UHGV virus genome: UHGV-1455077
Length of the DNA: 64,000 nt
Strand: one strand, 5' to 3'
Source of the DNA: a virus
Shown: positions 44,841 through 55,433 of the stretch, one piece after another
How the letters are laid out: the number at the start of each line of letters is the position of its first letter
Position numbering within the stretch: position 1 is the first letter of the stretch
The notes under the pieces: generated by a model
Databases searched by the model: none
What the model was told of the DNA's origin: nothing
What the model saw: the letters and a program-made list of their open reading frames with translations, nothing else
Program-made: the position numbers and the translations under genes

Positions 44841-45143
44841 TTAATGTAAAATACCTAAAATATCAGTTTCTCTTAAAATGGTTTTTTCTTCTCCATTTAA
44901 TTTGATAACTTGACCAGCAAATTTACCAAATAAAACTCTATCACCAACTTTAACAGTCATTGGCATTGTTTTACCTGTTTCTTCATTATATAAACCATTT
45001 CCACAAGCAATTACAACACCTGTTGATGGTTTTTCCTTGGCATTATCAGGAATAATAATACCTCGGTCAGATACTCCTTTTTCTTCATCTTTTTCAACAA
45101 CCACAAAATTAAATAATGGTTGAATTTCTAATTTATTTTCCAT
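44841..45143 (-). CDS. groS: co-chaperonin GroES (Hsp10)
   Basis: 100 aa; IQPLFNFVVVEKDEEKGVSDRGIIIPDNAKEKPSTGVVIACGNG...VKVGDRVLFGKFAG matches GroES. Confidence 0.85.
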   Translation of the reverse strand: MENKLEIQPLFNFVVVEKDEEKGVSDRGIIIPDNAKEKPSTGVVIACGNGLYNEETGKTMPMTVKVGDRVLFGKFAGQVIKLNGEEKTILRETDILGILH

Positions 45144-45182
45144 AATATTTTCTCCATAAAAAAATAAGCTAACTTGTTTGTT

Positions 45183-45217
45183 AGCTTATTATAACGGAGA
45201 ATGAAAATGATTGTCAA
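45183..45217 (-). promoter_or_regulatory. sigma70-like promoter upstream of groES-groEL
   Basis: - strand TTGACAatcattttcattctccgTTATAAT. Confidence 0.4.
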
Positions 45218-45227
45218 AAATAAAAAA

Positions 45228-45782
45228 TTATTTTTTTATTTCTTTACCCATAGTTGATAAATCAAAATCTTTTGAAGGGTCTTTCATAAAAGTTTGATTA
45301 AATAAATTTGTTTCATCTGTCATATTTTTATAATTAATTAAAACTTTTTCAAAATATGTAACCAATTCTTGTCTTGTTGGAAACTTTTTATATTTTTTAA
45401 AAAATCTTGATAATTTTGGTAAAATAAGTTCTTGTTGAAATGGTATATAAATATCGTTTGTTTGAACATCATTTCCGTCTGTTTCTAAATAGAACATAGG
45501 GATAACAAACTCATATCCTAATAAAATTTTCTTAAATCTTGAATTATCAATAGTTCCACGAGTACCAATGCCAAATGCAATTGTAATTCTTCCTGTTCCA
45601 AAAACTTCTTTAATTACTTCATTAATGAAATTTAGTTTTTTAAAAGAAATATCTTTTGAAAGTTGTTTATAATTTCTGTTAGCCTTAATCGCTGTTCTAA
45701 TTTTTAGTTTATTAAAAATTTTCGAACCATTTTGTTTTTTATTCCATACATTTTTAACTATAAGCATAATATTTTCTTTCAA
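45228..45782 (-). CDS. hypothetical protein
   Basis: 184-aa ORF; promoter-like motif at 45806-45837. Confidence 0.4.
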   Translation of the reverse strand: MKENIMLIVKNVWNKKQNGSKIFNKLKIRTAIKANRNYKQLSKDISFKKLNFINEVIKEVFGTGRITIAFGIGTRGTIDNSRFKKILLGYEFVIPMFYLETDGNDVQTNDIYIPFQQELILPKLSRFFKKYKKFPTRQELVTYFEKVLINYKNMTDETNLFNQTFMKDPSKDFDLSTMGKEIKK

Positions 45783-45845
45783 AAAAAATTAGCACCATTG
45801 CTGATGCTAATTTATTATTATATTTTTTAGTTGTCAAGAACTTTT

Positions 45846-47657
45846 TTAGTTCCATTGTAAATGCCAATAGAATGTTGTTCCTGTACTATCATTTGTAACT
45901 CTGGCAATTGAAAACTTTTTAGTTGATTCAAAATAATTCATTACTTGTTGCATTTCATCTTGTAATACATCATTTTCAATTAATTGTTTCCAAACCTGAT
46001 AATATTTTTTAGACATTGTTGGAGCTTCCATTACATAATTAACTTCAGGAACTTCTGTATATGTACCCCCATTTATTAATTTTGTTTCTAAAATTTTATC
46101 ATTAACAATTCTAACTGTTGCATTTGCATCGCCATCATTAAAGACAACACTTGTTGGATACATATAACCATCACCATAATTATCCATAACAATATATTTA
46201 ATTGTCCATTCTAAATCTGTATCTACTGGTATACGACCTAATAAATAATCATTTAAATTCCATACTTTATTAACAAGTGTCCAATGACCTGCAATTTTAA
46301 CATAAGTTGTATATGCTTCTAATTCTCCAGAATATGCTACAACATCGTGGTCTTCACCCCAATCATCATAAAGTTTAATTTGGTCAAATCTATATTCATT
46401 TTCTGTTTCAACCCAAGACCCATTAATTTTAATTCTATAACGACCTTCATCCCAAATGAATATATCTAAATTTTCACCAAATACATCTGGTGGTAAATTA
46501 TCCCAATCATATTCAACTACAATTTCTTGCCAGATACGATGGCAACATTTATACACTTTATGAGGTATACGATTTATAATATTTCCATCTTCATCATATA
46601 CTAATTCATTGTAATAGCCAACATCATAATCTAAACCATCTTCTGCGGTTGGTTTTCTATCTCCAAAATTCCAAATATTATGTGATAAATTCCATCCACA
46701 ATTTGTTTTTACATAATTTTTTCCAAATACATTATAACAAACTGTTCCTTCAACTCCAAAATTAAATGGTAATTTAAAAGTTTTATAATCATATATTGTT
46801 GAAACTTCAACCCAACCGTCAGATGTTTTTACATATATTTTATCTTGCTCTTTTGTATAAGTATCACTAATCATACCAAATGCTTCTGGTGGTAAAGAAT
46901 TTATATCATAAATTGTTCCAATAGGAAACCAATCAGTTTCACCTGGATATATACTATTACCATTTAAATCTTTAACTTGTTGTTCATTATCTCTTGTAAT
47001 TTGTAAATCTGAAATTAAACCATAATCTGAATCTATATCTAACCAAACAGAATCTCCTGGTTTTATTGTTTCATCATTCCAATATTTCATATTTTTATAA
47101 ACTAATTTAGCCGTATCAAAAATAGTTGTATATTCTCCACGATTAACAATTTCTAAATTAATAATATCTCCGTTATCATTAATTTCTGAAACTCTAAATT
47201 CTAATGGAATAGAATTATTATCATCTTTAACTTGTAAAACTTCTCCAACTCTAAAATAGTTTTTTGGATATATTTTACCAGCAGAATCACCTGCATTTGC
47301 AAAATTTTCAAAAATATTAGTTTCAGAATTACCCCCATCAATAATTTCTTCAAATAATTCAGTTTCAGAATTACCACCATCTACATATTTAATTAATGGT
47401 GAATTATTTAAATCTTCATTTTCATAATCTTTATGAATAGTAACTTTTGATAATTCCATTATACAATGAGATTTTGCTTCTTTAATTGGGTCTGCAAATT
47501 CACGAGCATCTGTCATTACTGTATTATATACATCACATTCAAATTGATTTTCGTCAACCGCTTGCATAATATATTCTTCAATATCATTAATCTCTTTTAA
47601 AATACGAGATTTATTTCGGGCATATTGTTTAGCTTCAGTTGCATTATAAAAATCCAT
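45846..47657 (-). CDS. structural protein with internally duplicated beta-rich domain (probable fibre/baseplate component)
   Basis: Two related about 90-aa repeats (WFPIGTIYDINSLPPEAFG...WNLSHNIWNFG and WDNLPPDVFGENL...WTLVNKVWNLNDYLLG). Late box at 47692-47699. Confidence 0.45.
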   Translation of the reverse strand: MDFYNATEAKQYARNKSRILKEINDIEEYIMQAVDENQFECDVYNTVMTDAREFADPIKEAKSHCIMELSKVTIHKDYENEDLNNSPLIKYVDGGNSETELFEEIIDGGNSETNIFENFANAGDSAGKIYPKNYFRVGEVLQVKDDNNSIPLEFRVSEINDNGDIINLEIVNRGEYTTIFDTAKLVYKNMKYWNDETIKPGDSVWLDIDSDYGLISDLQITRDNEQQVKDLNGNSIYPGETDWFPIGTIYDINSLPPEAFGMISDTYTKEQDKIYVKTSDGWVEVSTIYDYKTFKLPFNFGVEGTVCYNVFGKNYVKTNCGWNLSHNIWNFGDRKPTAEDGLDYDVGYYNELVYDEDGNIINRIPHKVYKCCHRIWQEIVVEYDWDNLPPDVFGENLDIFIWDEGRYRIKINGSWVETENEYRFDQIKLYDDWGEDHDVVAYSGELEAYTTYVKIAGHWTLVNKVWNLNDYLLGRIPVDTDLEWTIKYIVMDNYGDGYMYPTSVVFNDGDANATVRIVNDKILETKLINGGTYTEVPEVNYVMEAPTMSKKYYQVWKQLIENDVLQDEMQQVMNYFESTKKFSIARVTNDSTGTTFYWHLQWN

Positions 47658-47691
47658 TGCTTTATTCCTTATATCATAAACTTTATAATAT

Positions 47692-47699
47692 TATTTATT
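47692..47699 (-). promoter_or_regulatory. late-promoter-like AATAAATA box
   Basis: - strand tatatcAATAAATAatattataaag...ATG. Confidence 0.35.
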
Positions 47700-47739
47700 G
47701 ATATAAAAAAACCGAGAAGTTATAACTTCTCGGTTTTGA

Positions 47740-48288
47740 TTATTTTTTAAATGCCTTTAATGGAATATCAATTTTAATTTGTTTTCCTTCAATTTGACAT
47801 AAAACCGAAGATTCATTTAATGTTAAACAAGGCTTGATTTCTTTAACAACATAATTAACATTTGAAGCTCTTGCCCCTTTATGAATAAAATAGTAGTTAT
47901 CATTTTCATTTAAAACAATATTTTTAGCTGGGATAATATCACCAACATTTATTGTTTCTGAAATATTAATAACTTCTGTATATTCTTTAGATTCAGAAGT
48001 CATTTTTTCTCCAGCTTGGTCAACAGCAGTATCGTGAATTTCATCTTGTGTATCATCTTCTTCATTTTGTTTTTGACCATCAATAATAATTTTATCGTCA
48101 ATAATTTCAGTTACTGCTTTATTATTTGATAATACGTCTTCTAAACCTTGTTCATCAAGCTCAACTCTATATTTTTTATTTAATAAAAGTAAAAAGTTAA
48201 CAGTTGATAATACTTTTACTCCGTGTGAACGTAAAAGATAAATTAAGCTATTAATATTTTGAATTATTCTATCTTCAAAATTAGCCAC
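47740..48288 (-). CDS. hypothetical protein
   Basis: 182-aa ORF followed by terminator hairpin 47709-47737. Confidence 0.4.
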   Translation of the reverse strand: MANFEDRIIQNINSLIYLLRSHGVKVLSTVNFLLLLNKKYRVELDEQGLEDVLSNNKAVTEIIDDKIIIDGQKQNEEDDTQDEIHDTAVDQAGEKMTSESKEYTEVINISETINVGDIIPAKNIVLNENDNYYFIHKGARASNVNYVVKEIKPCLTLNESSVLCQIEGKQIKIDIPLKAFKK

Positions 48289-48290
48289 GA

Positions 48291-48743
48291 TTATTTTTCC
48301 TCTCTATCAATTTCTTCAATTTCAATATCATCTAAATCTAAATCATCATCAGCATTAGGGTCAAATTCATTGAAATCTTCATCTCCACCAAAGTCGTCTT
48401 CAAAATCTCCCATATCTGAATCAACAGAATCTCCAATATTGTCACCATTAAACAATTTAACAACTTCATTATCAATCTCACCTTTAATATCAGTAATTGA
48501 ATTAATGATAGTGTCTAATTTTTGACTAATTGAATCATTAAAAGAATCTGCTTTTTCAATATCACCATCATATTTGATTTTTTTAACTAAATTTGCTAAA
48601 TCTTTAGTTTTAATGTTTGAAATTTTTTCAATCATATTTTGTAATTCATCAGAGATTGATTCAACAGCCAATGCTAATTCAGTTGATTTAATTTCTGATT
48701 CACATAAATTTTTAATAAAATTTGATTTCATTTGTTTCTCCAT
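48291..48743 (-). CDS. hypothetical acidic protein
   Basis: 150-aa ORF with Asp/Glu-rich C-terminus. Confidence 0.4.
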   Translation of the reverse strand: MEKQMKSNFIKNLCESEIKSTELALAVESISDELQNMIEKISNIKTKDLANLVKKIKYDGDIEKADSFNDSISQKLDTIINSITDIKGEIDNEVVKLFNGDNIGDSVDSDMGDFEDDFGGDEDFNEFDPNADDDLDLDDIEIEEIDREEK

Positions 48744-48869
48744 ATTAATTTGAACATTTATAATTATATTTATATAAAAAAATCTAAACCTCTTTATCCA
48801 GATAATAAAATATATTGACTTTTATATTGACAATGTTTATTATACTACTAAAAATTTGAGAAAAAATTT

Positions 48870-49871
48870 ATGAATGATATTTTAGAAACAATATATAACT
48901 TATTACCATCAGATAAAAAACAACGGAATAATGGGTGGATTTTTTTTAATTGCCCATCTTGTTATCATACAGAAAATCCAGATACTAAACATCGTGGAAA
49001 TATTTTATTTACAGATGATGGTTTTGTTTATCAATGTTTTAATTGTAAATTTAAATGTGGATTTACATTAGGTCAATATCTTTCTAAAGATACTACTCAA
49101 TGGTTAAAAGATTTAGGAATTTCAACAAAAGATTTAAATGATTTAAGATTAAAAATTAGAGAATATAATGAAGCAAATTCTGAAAAGCCAAAAGATTCTA
49201 AAATTATTATTAAAAAAAGAGAAATTAAGCAAATTCCTACTGGATATAAATCTATAATTAAATCTTTAAATGAAGGTGAAAATTCATATACTTTTATGGA
49301 AGTATTGAAATATATCAATAATAGAAATCCATATCTATTGGAATGGACAGATTTATTATGGTGTCCAAAACAATTTAATTTTTTAATACCTTGTTATGAA
49401 TATGAAGAAATTGTTGGTTATTCATTAAGAAAATTAACTGATGAAACAAATAACAAATATATTCATTATATACCAACAGGATATATTTATAATTACGATA
49501 ATTTATTAAAGCCACGCAAATATGAAATCGTTTGTGAAGGGCAAACAGATGCAATTGCAATTAATGGTGTATCAATATTAAGTAATACTTTTACTCCAGA
49601 AAGATTAAAAAGAATTTTACCATTCGTTAATGATAAAGAAATTATATTATTACCTGATAGAGATAAAAGTGGCAATAAAATGGTTCAACAATTATTAGAA
49701 GAAAACTTACCTTTTAGTGTTGCTTTTCCAAATTGGGAAAGAGGAATAAAAGATGCTGAACAAGCCGCTAAAAAATATGGAAGATTATATACAATTTACA
49801 GTATATTAAATTCTAAGGAGAATAATAAAGAATTAATTAAAATGAAATCATTAAAATGGTTTAGTATATAA
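48870..49871 (+). CDS. DNA primase (zinc-ribbon plus TOPRIM; T4 gp61/DnaG-like)
   Basis: N-terminal CPSC...CFNC zinc ribbon. TOPRIM EIVCEGQTDAIAI (E..GxxD) and LLPDRDKSGNKM (DxD). Confidence 0.65.
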   Translation: MNDILETIYNLLPSDKKQRNNGWIFFNCPSCYHTENPDTKHRGNILFTDDGFVYQCFNCKFKCGFTLGQYLSKDTTQWLKDLGISTKDLNDLRLKIREYNEANSEKPKDSKIIIKKREIKQIPTGYKSIIKSLNEGENSYTFMEVLKYINNRNPYLLEWTDLLWCPKQFNFLIPCYEYEEIVGYSLRKLTDETNNKYIHYIPTGYIYNYDNLLKPRKYEIVCEGQTDAIAINGVSILSNTFTPERLKRILPFVNDKEIILLPDRDKSGNKMVQQLLEENLPFSVAFPNWERGIKDAEQAAKKYGRLYTIYSILNSKENNKELIKMKSLKWFSI

Positions 49872-50950
49872 AGGAAATAAAATGGGTAAAATAAACATTG
49901 AAACTATAAAAGATAAAAACTATACAATGATAAAATGTGAAGATGAAGATAGTGATGATATAATAATTGGATATAAATCAAATGATAATAATGAATTCGA
50001 ATCTAAAGCATTTTATTTACCAATCATTCCATATGGATATTATTATAAATTAACAAAAGATGTTGATTTAGAAGATGACATTGTATATGCTATGGATGGA
50101 TATAGAACCAAATATGTTAATGGTGTTAAAGTTGGCGTAATGTCTGATGAAGATTTAAAATGGTATGAAGAAAATGTCAAAGAAATTAATATAGAGGAAA
50201 TATATGGCAAATAGTTTATTATTAAATAGTGATTTAGCATATAATAAAATTAAAGATAATTTATCAAAAGATATTAAAAATTCAATATTAAAAGAAGAAT
50301 TTTGTTCATTTTTAGATAAATTACGAAACAAATTTAAAAATGAAAATTTTAGTTCATATGATATAGTGTTTTTTAATAAAATTTTATTGCCTTTAACTAA
50401 AAAAGTTTATCAATTAAAGGAGTAAAAAATGAATTTATTTACAATAAGCGATAATACACAATACTGTGCAAGAAATTTAGATGATGTATTATTAAGAAAA
50501 ACAATTGTTGAAGCGGCACAAATGCTTTCAACAGCAATTATAATTAATGATAAAATTAAAGATAAACCAGAAGGAATTTATAAAAAATATAATGCTAATG
50601 AAGAACATAACCAATGGGTTAGAGAATCAAAATATAACTATAAGTGGACATATATGTATCTTATTGATTGCTTAAATGAATATCAATATAGATTTGATAA
50701 GACACACGATACTCATAAATTAGCCTTTATATTTCCACAATATGAAAATTATTTTCCATTAATTGATATGACTCCATTTACTCGTAAATTTAATCAAAAT
50801 TATGAAAATTATAATCAATTGATGGAAACTAAAAATACGTGTAATGCTTATAAACAGTATTTAATTACAAAATGGAAAAAAGAAACTTTAGATGGTAAAG
50901 CACCAATATGGACAAAACGAGAAAAACCTGATTTTTATAAAGGATAAAAA

Positions 50951-51586
50951 ATGATTATTGAAAAATTAATTGAATTGCATAAAATTCCATCATACACTTT
51001 AGATGGCTGGGAATTAAAAGGTAATCCCATTATAACTTTAGCAAGTTATCAATATAATGGAACTGAATTAAGTCAAGTTAATAATAAAATTATGCAACCT
51101 ATTATAAAATATATTGATATTAATAAATCTAATGAATCTATTATTAAAAAATTATTAATAGATTTATGGAATAATATGTCTTTTCGAGAAGAATTTTATG
51201 AAGTATATCATCGTTTAAAAAGGGAGAAAAACATTAAAAATATCACATATGCAACTAATGAATATTCTCAATTAAGAGAAGATGATATTCAAATAGAATG
51301 GAAAGAAAATAATACTTATAATTCATTTTATGATAATGATTTTTATCCATTTAATGTTAATAAAATAAATGATATTGATGATTTTAAAGTATATATAGAT
51401 ACTATTAAATGCCCTTTCTGTGGATATGATACAAAATTACCTGCAAATTCACCTTTATTCATATCATTACAAAAAGATTTTATCTGTCCAAAATGTAATA
51501 AAATCATTATTCAACATTCTCCTATAACAACATATTGCTTAGATGATGAAAAAATAATTAAAGAATTAGGATTAAAAAATGAGTAA
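50951..51586 (+). CDS. hypothetical protein with C-terminal zinc ribbon
   Basis: CPFCGY...CPKCNK. Confidence 0.4.
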   Translation: MIIEKLIELHKIPSYTLDGWELKGNPIITLASYQYNGTELSQVNNKIMQPIIKYIDINKSNESIIKKLLIDLWNNMSFREEFYEVYHRLKREKNIKNITYATNEYSQLREDDIQIEWKENNTYNSFYDNDFYPFNVNKINDIDDFKVYIDTIKCPFCGYDTKLPANSPLFISLQKDFICPKCNKIIIQHSPITTYCLDDEKIIKELGLKNE

Positions 51587-52034
51587 TTTTACAAACGATT
51601 TACATAAACATAAATTAATTTTACGAGGAGTATTATATAATTTAGCAAATCAATTAAAAGAACGTGCTGATAATCACGACAATTCAAAATATGATAAAGA
51701 AGAAAAAGAAGTATTTGAAAGCATTGATAATATTAAAAGAGAAGATTTTGATTCTTATGAAGAATATTATAATTGTACAAAACCTCTTATTCAAAAAGCA
51801 TTAGACCATCATTATGCTAAAAATAGGCATCACCCTGAACATTTTGAACACGGTGTTGAAGATATGAATCTTTTAGATATTTTAGAAATGGTTGTTGATT
51901 GGGATTCCTCTGCATCTTGCAGAGGAACTGAATTAGATACCGATTATTCTTTTAAAAGATTTAAAATTACCCCACAACTTCAAAAAATTATATTAAATAC
52001 TTTAAAAATACTTTATGATGAAGATAAAAAATAA
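51579..52034 (+). CDS. hypothetical protein, possible HD-domain phosphohydrolase
   Basis: RADNHDNSKYD and HHYAKNRHHPEH His/Asp-rich motifs; weak. Confidence 0.3.
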   Translation: MSNFTNDLHKHKLILRGVLYNLANQLKERADNHDNSKYDKEEKEVFESIDNIKREDFDSYEEYYNCTKPLIQKALDHHYAKNRHHPEHFEHGVEDMNLLDILEMVVDWDSSASCRGTELDTDYSFKRFKITPQLQKIILNTLKILYDEDKK

Positions 52035-52086
52035 TGCAAAAGTATTATAAATTATATATAATGAGTTAAATTTATAAAGGGGTAAA

Positions 52087-53436
52087 ATGATTATACCAAA
52101 TAACTTTGATGAACAAGACCAAAAATCACTAATTCAATTTTTGTTTAGTGAGCCATCTTTGTTTATCCGAGCAAAACCGATTTTAAAACCAGAATATTTT
52201 GATAAAAAATTTCAAGAAACAATTCAATATTTACTTGATTTTTCAACTGAATATAGTACATTGCCAACTGTTGAGCAATTGAATAATAATTCCAGAATTG
52301 ACTATCAAAAAGTTGAAGGTTTATCTGATACAAACATTCAAAAATCTGTATTAGATATGGCGGAATGGTTTTGTAAAAAAAGAGGTTTAGAAATTGCAAT
52401 TGAAGAATGTTATGAACGTATTTCTAAAGGCGATACCTCTGGAATTGACCAACGAATTAGAGAAGCTCAAATGATTTCTTTAACAAGAGATTTAGGTATT
52501 AATTACTGGGATAATACGGCAGAATGGTTACATAAAATTGATAAAGAAATGGGAGTTATTCCAACAGGTTGGACAGAATTTGATAAACTCTTTAATGGTG
52601 GATTTTCTTGGGGTCAATTAAATTATGTTGTTTCTCCATCTGGTGGTGGTAAATCATTATGTATGGCTAATTTAGCATTAAATTGGTCTTTAATGGGTTT
52701 TAATGTTCTTTATTTTACATTAGAATTAGATAGAGAATTAGTCGGTAAAAGAATTATGGCAATGGAAAGAAATGTTGCATATTCTGACATTTCATTAAAA
52801 GCAGATGCATTATGTGAACAAGTTCAAATTAAAAAATTAAAAGACCATCCAGGAGTTATTCAGATTATTGATTTACCTCGTGGTGCAACACCTACTGATA
52901 TACGTTCACAATTACAAAATTTTGAATTAGAAACAAAAATTATTCCAGAAATATTAATATTTGACTATGCTGGAATTATGAATCCTTCTGATAGAAAAGT
53001 TGATGTGAATAATATTCATTTAAGAGACAAAAATATTGCTGAAGAATTACGAGAAATCGCTAGGGAAAGAACTCATAATAATAAAAGAACTATGTGTATA
53101 TCAGCAAACCAAATTACAAAAGATGGTGCTTCTGAAATGGAATTTACTCAAACTGATATTGCAGGCGGTTCAACATTAGTACATACTTGTGATAATTTAT
53201 TTTCAGTAAGAACAAATGAAAGTATGCGGCAACGTGGAGAATATGAATTTAAAATTATTAAAAGTCGTAATGCAGGTTGTACGGATGTTAAATTTAAAAT
53301 GGGATATAATTCTAAAACATTAAGAATTTCAGATTTTTCAATGATAGGAAAAGATATTCCTGATAATTCTAATAATTCAACTTCTGTTTTATCAGCACTT
53401 AAAACATTAGAACAATATAAAGAAAAGGGAGAATAA
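52087..53436 (+). CDS. replicative DNA helicase (DnaB/T4 gp41-like)
   Basis: Walker A SPSGGGKS, Walker B ILIFDYAG, RecA-like core, adjacent to the primase gene. Confidence 0.7.
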   Translation: MIIPNNFDEQDQKSLIQFLFSEPSLFIRAKPILKPEYFDKKFQETIQYLLDFSTEYSTLPTVEQLNNNSRIDYQKVEGLSDTNIQKSVLDMAEWFCKKRGLEIAIEECYERISKGDTSGIDQRIREAQMISLTRDLGINYWDNTAEWLHKIDKEMGVIPTGWTEFDKLFNGGFSWGQLNYVVSPSGGGKSLCMANLALNWSLMGFNVLYFTLELDRELVGKRIMAMERNVAYSDISLKADALCEQVQIKKLKDHPGVIQIIDLPRGATPTDIRSQLQNFELETKIIPEILIFDYAGIMNPSDRKVDVNNIHLRDKNIAEELREIARERTHNNKRTMCISANQITKDGASEMEFTQTDIAGGSTLVHTCDNLFSVRTNESMRQRGEYEFKIIKSRNAGCTDVKFKMGYNSKTLRISDFSMIGKDIPDNSNNSTSVLSALKTLEQYKEKGE

Positions 53437-53448
53437 ATTCTCCCTTTT

Positions 53449-54891
53449 TTATATTTCAACTCCAGCAATTCGTAAAGTTTCATTAATTTCATCATCAAAT
53501 TCACTTGTATCATTACATTCTGATACTTTATATCCATTGGCAAACATAGCTTTTCTTTGAGCATCAGCGGCTTTTTTAGTTTTAAATTTACCGTGTGTTC
53601 CTTCTTTACCTTTATTTGTCCAACCTGAACCTGATTTAACTGTATCTTCTTCTAATTCATCATCTTTTTCAAATAATTCTTCTTTATCTAATTCTTTTGA
53701 TTGTTTATTTTTATAATCACTAAAATCTTTTTTTAATTTTTCGTGTTTATCTTTAATTCTTTTCATTTTTTCATCTTCGCATTTATTACATTCTTTATCA
53801 GAATCTTCTGCTTCTTCAAAAGGTTGTGTTGCTCCATCTAAATAAGGGTCTTCACCTTTCATTAATCTTTCAAATTCTTCTCGTGTCCATTCATTACCAT
53901 ATTGGTCAACAATTGTTCCATCTGATTTAACATTTTTTATCATTGGTTTTTCATCTTGAACTTGTTCATAAGAATCTTCAAAAGGTTGTGTTGCTCCATC
54001 TAAATAAGGGTCTTCAATACCGTGAGCATTTCCTGCTAAAGCTCCTGCCATTGCCGCACCTGCAATTGCACCTTTAGCAAATTTACCAGCTTTTTTCAAA
54101 CCACTTTTAAAATCTTCATCAATTTCTTTAGATTTTCCAAATATTCTTTTATATTCTGCATAATATTCATCAAAATTATCTAAATCATCTTTAGAAACTC
54201 TACCAAATCTATCACCTTGAGCATATTTTACTTTAGCAATAATTTTAGCTTTTTTAATTTGTTCAGGATTACCTTGCCCAAAAAATGCACCCTCTTTTTT
54301 ATTAGAATTTTCATCTCTAATAAATCCTGCCTTTGGAATATAATCCATAACTGATTCATTTACTTTTTTTTCATCATCTTTATTTTCTGATTTTTCTTCT
54401 TTAGAATCTTCTTTTTCACTTTTTACTGAATCTTCTTTATTAGTATCTTCTGATTTTTCTTCATATTTAAATTCTGAAAAATTTGGACTTACTTTTTTAG
54501 ATTGTGAAGATTCAGAATTATCTGTTTTCACAGAAGATTTTTCAATTTTTGGAGTTTCAGCTTTATCTGCACTTTCACTTGATTTTGAAAATTCAAAAGA
54601 AGCATTATTTTTAAATACTCCTGAATTTCCTGTTGGTAAAATTTGTTCACCTTTTTCACCATCGCTATCTATATCTCCAAATGCAGAAGCATCTAATTGT
54701 TCCCAACCTTTTGATGTTGAAGCCTTTGGTAATTTCACAGGCTTATCATTATAAGGCATATCGGCTTCCATAACTGCTTTAATTTTATGATTATTAACTG
54801 TCATAAAATTAACAAATTCATTTAAATCATTGAAATGTTTAATTCCTTTTCTTCCTGAATTTGTTTCAATTGCCATTCTAAAACTATTCAT
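53449..54891 (-). CDS. Lys/Glu-rich low-complexity protein with internal tandem duplication
   Basis: 480 aa. EDPYLDGATQPFE repeated twice. About 40-bp perfect nucleotide direct repeat at about 53827-53869 and 53971-54013. Confidence 0.45.
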   Translation of the reverse strand: MNSFRMAIETNSGRKGIKHFNDLNEFVNFMTVNNHKIKAVMEADMPYNDKPVKLPKASTSKGWEQLDASAFGDIDSDGEKGEQILPTGNSGVFKNNASFEFSKSSESADKAETPKIEKSSVKTDNSESSQSKKVSPNFSEFKYEEKSEDTNKEDSVKSEKEDSKEEKSENKDDEKKVNESVMDYIPKAGFIRDENSNKKEGAFFGQGNPEQIKKAKIIAKVKYAQGDRFGRVSKDDLDNFDEYYAEYKRIFGKSKEIDEDFKSGLKKAGKFAKGAIAGAAMAGALAGNAHGIEDPYLDGATQPFEDSYEQVQDEKPMIKNVKSDGTIVDQYGNEWTREEFERLMKGEDPYLDGATQPFEEAEDSDKECNKCEDEKMKRIKDKHEKLKKDFSDYKNKQSKELDKEELFEKDDELEEDTVKSGSGWTNKGKEGTHGKFKTKKAADAQRKAMFANGYKVSECNDTSEFDDEINETLRIAGVEI

Positions 54892-55025
54892 TGTATTTAA
54901 TCCTTTAAAAAGTCTATATTTGATATTATTATTTATGCTATTTTAATGTTAGTTAATATTTTTTATGAATTATAATAAATATATTCAGATACAAAAATTT
55001 GTATCATTAATTTAAGGAGAAAAAA

Positions 55026-55433
55026 ATGGATTATGGTTTCGGTAAAACTTATACACTTCCTAACAAATTTACTGCTTTGAACGGTTGTGTACAATATTAT
55101 ACAGTTGTATTCACAAATGTTGTTGTTGATAAAACTCAATCAGCATTAGATACAGATGCTAAAAAAGCAGAAGCAGAAGCAAACTTATTAAGAGCTTTAG
55201 AAGTTTTAAGAACATATGGTGGTCAGCCAATTATCACCGTTGTTGATAACAAAACAATTAAATTCACTTTAGAACAAGCTAATGTTTATGGTGATGCTTC
55301 TAAAACTCAACCATCTGCTAAAAATTTATTAACTGATGCTGAAGCTCAAATTGAAGCTTTATTTGCTAATTTAAAAGCAGTTGATGGCTCAACATCATTT
55401 GCTTGTACAGCAACTGTTGAAGAAGTATTTTAA
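55026..55433 (+). CDS. small probably highly expressed late protein
   Basis: Strong RBS aaggagaaaaaaATG, late box 54974-54981, strong terminator hairpin 55463-55494. Confidence 0.45.
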   Translation: MDYGFGKTYTLPNKFTALNGCVQYYTVVFTNVVVDKTQSALDTDAKKAEAEANLLRALEVLRTYGGQPIITVVDNKTIKFTLEQANVYGDASKTQPSAKNLLTDAEAQIEALFANLKAVDGSTSFACTATVEEVF

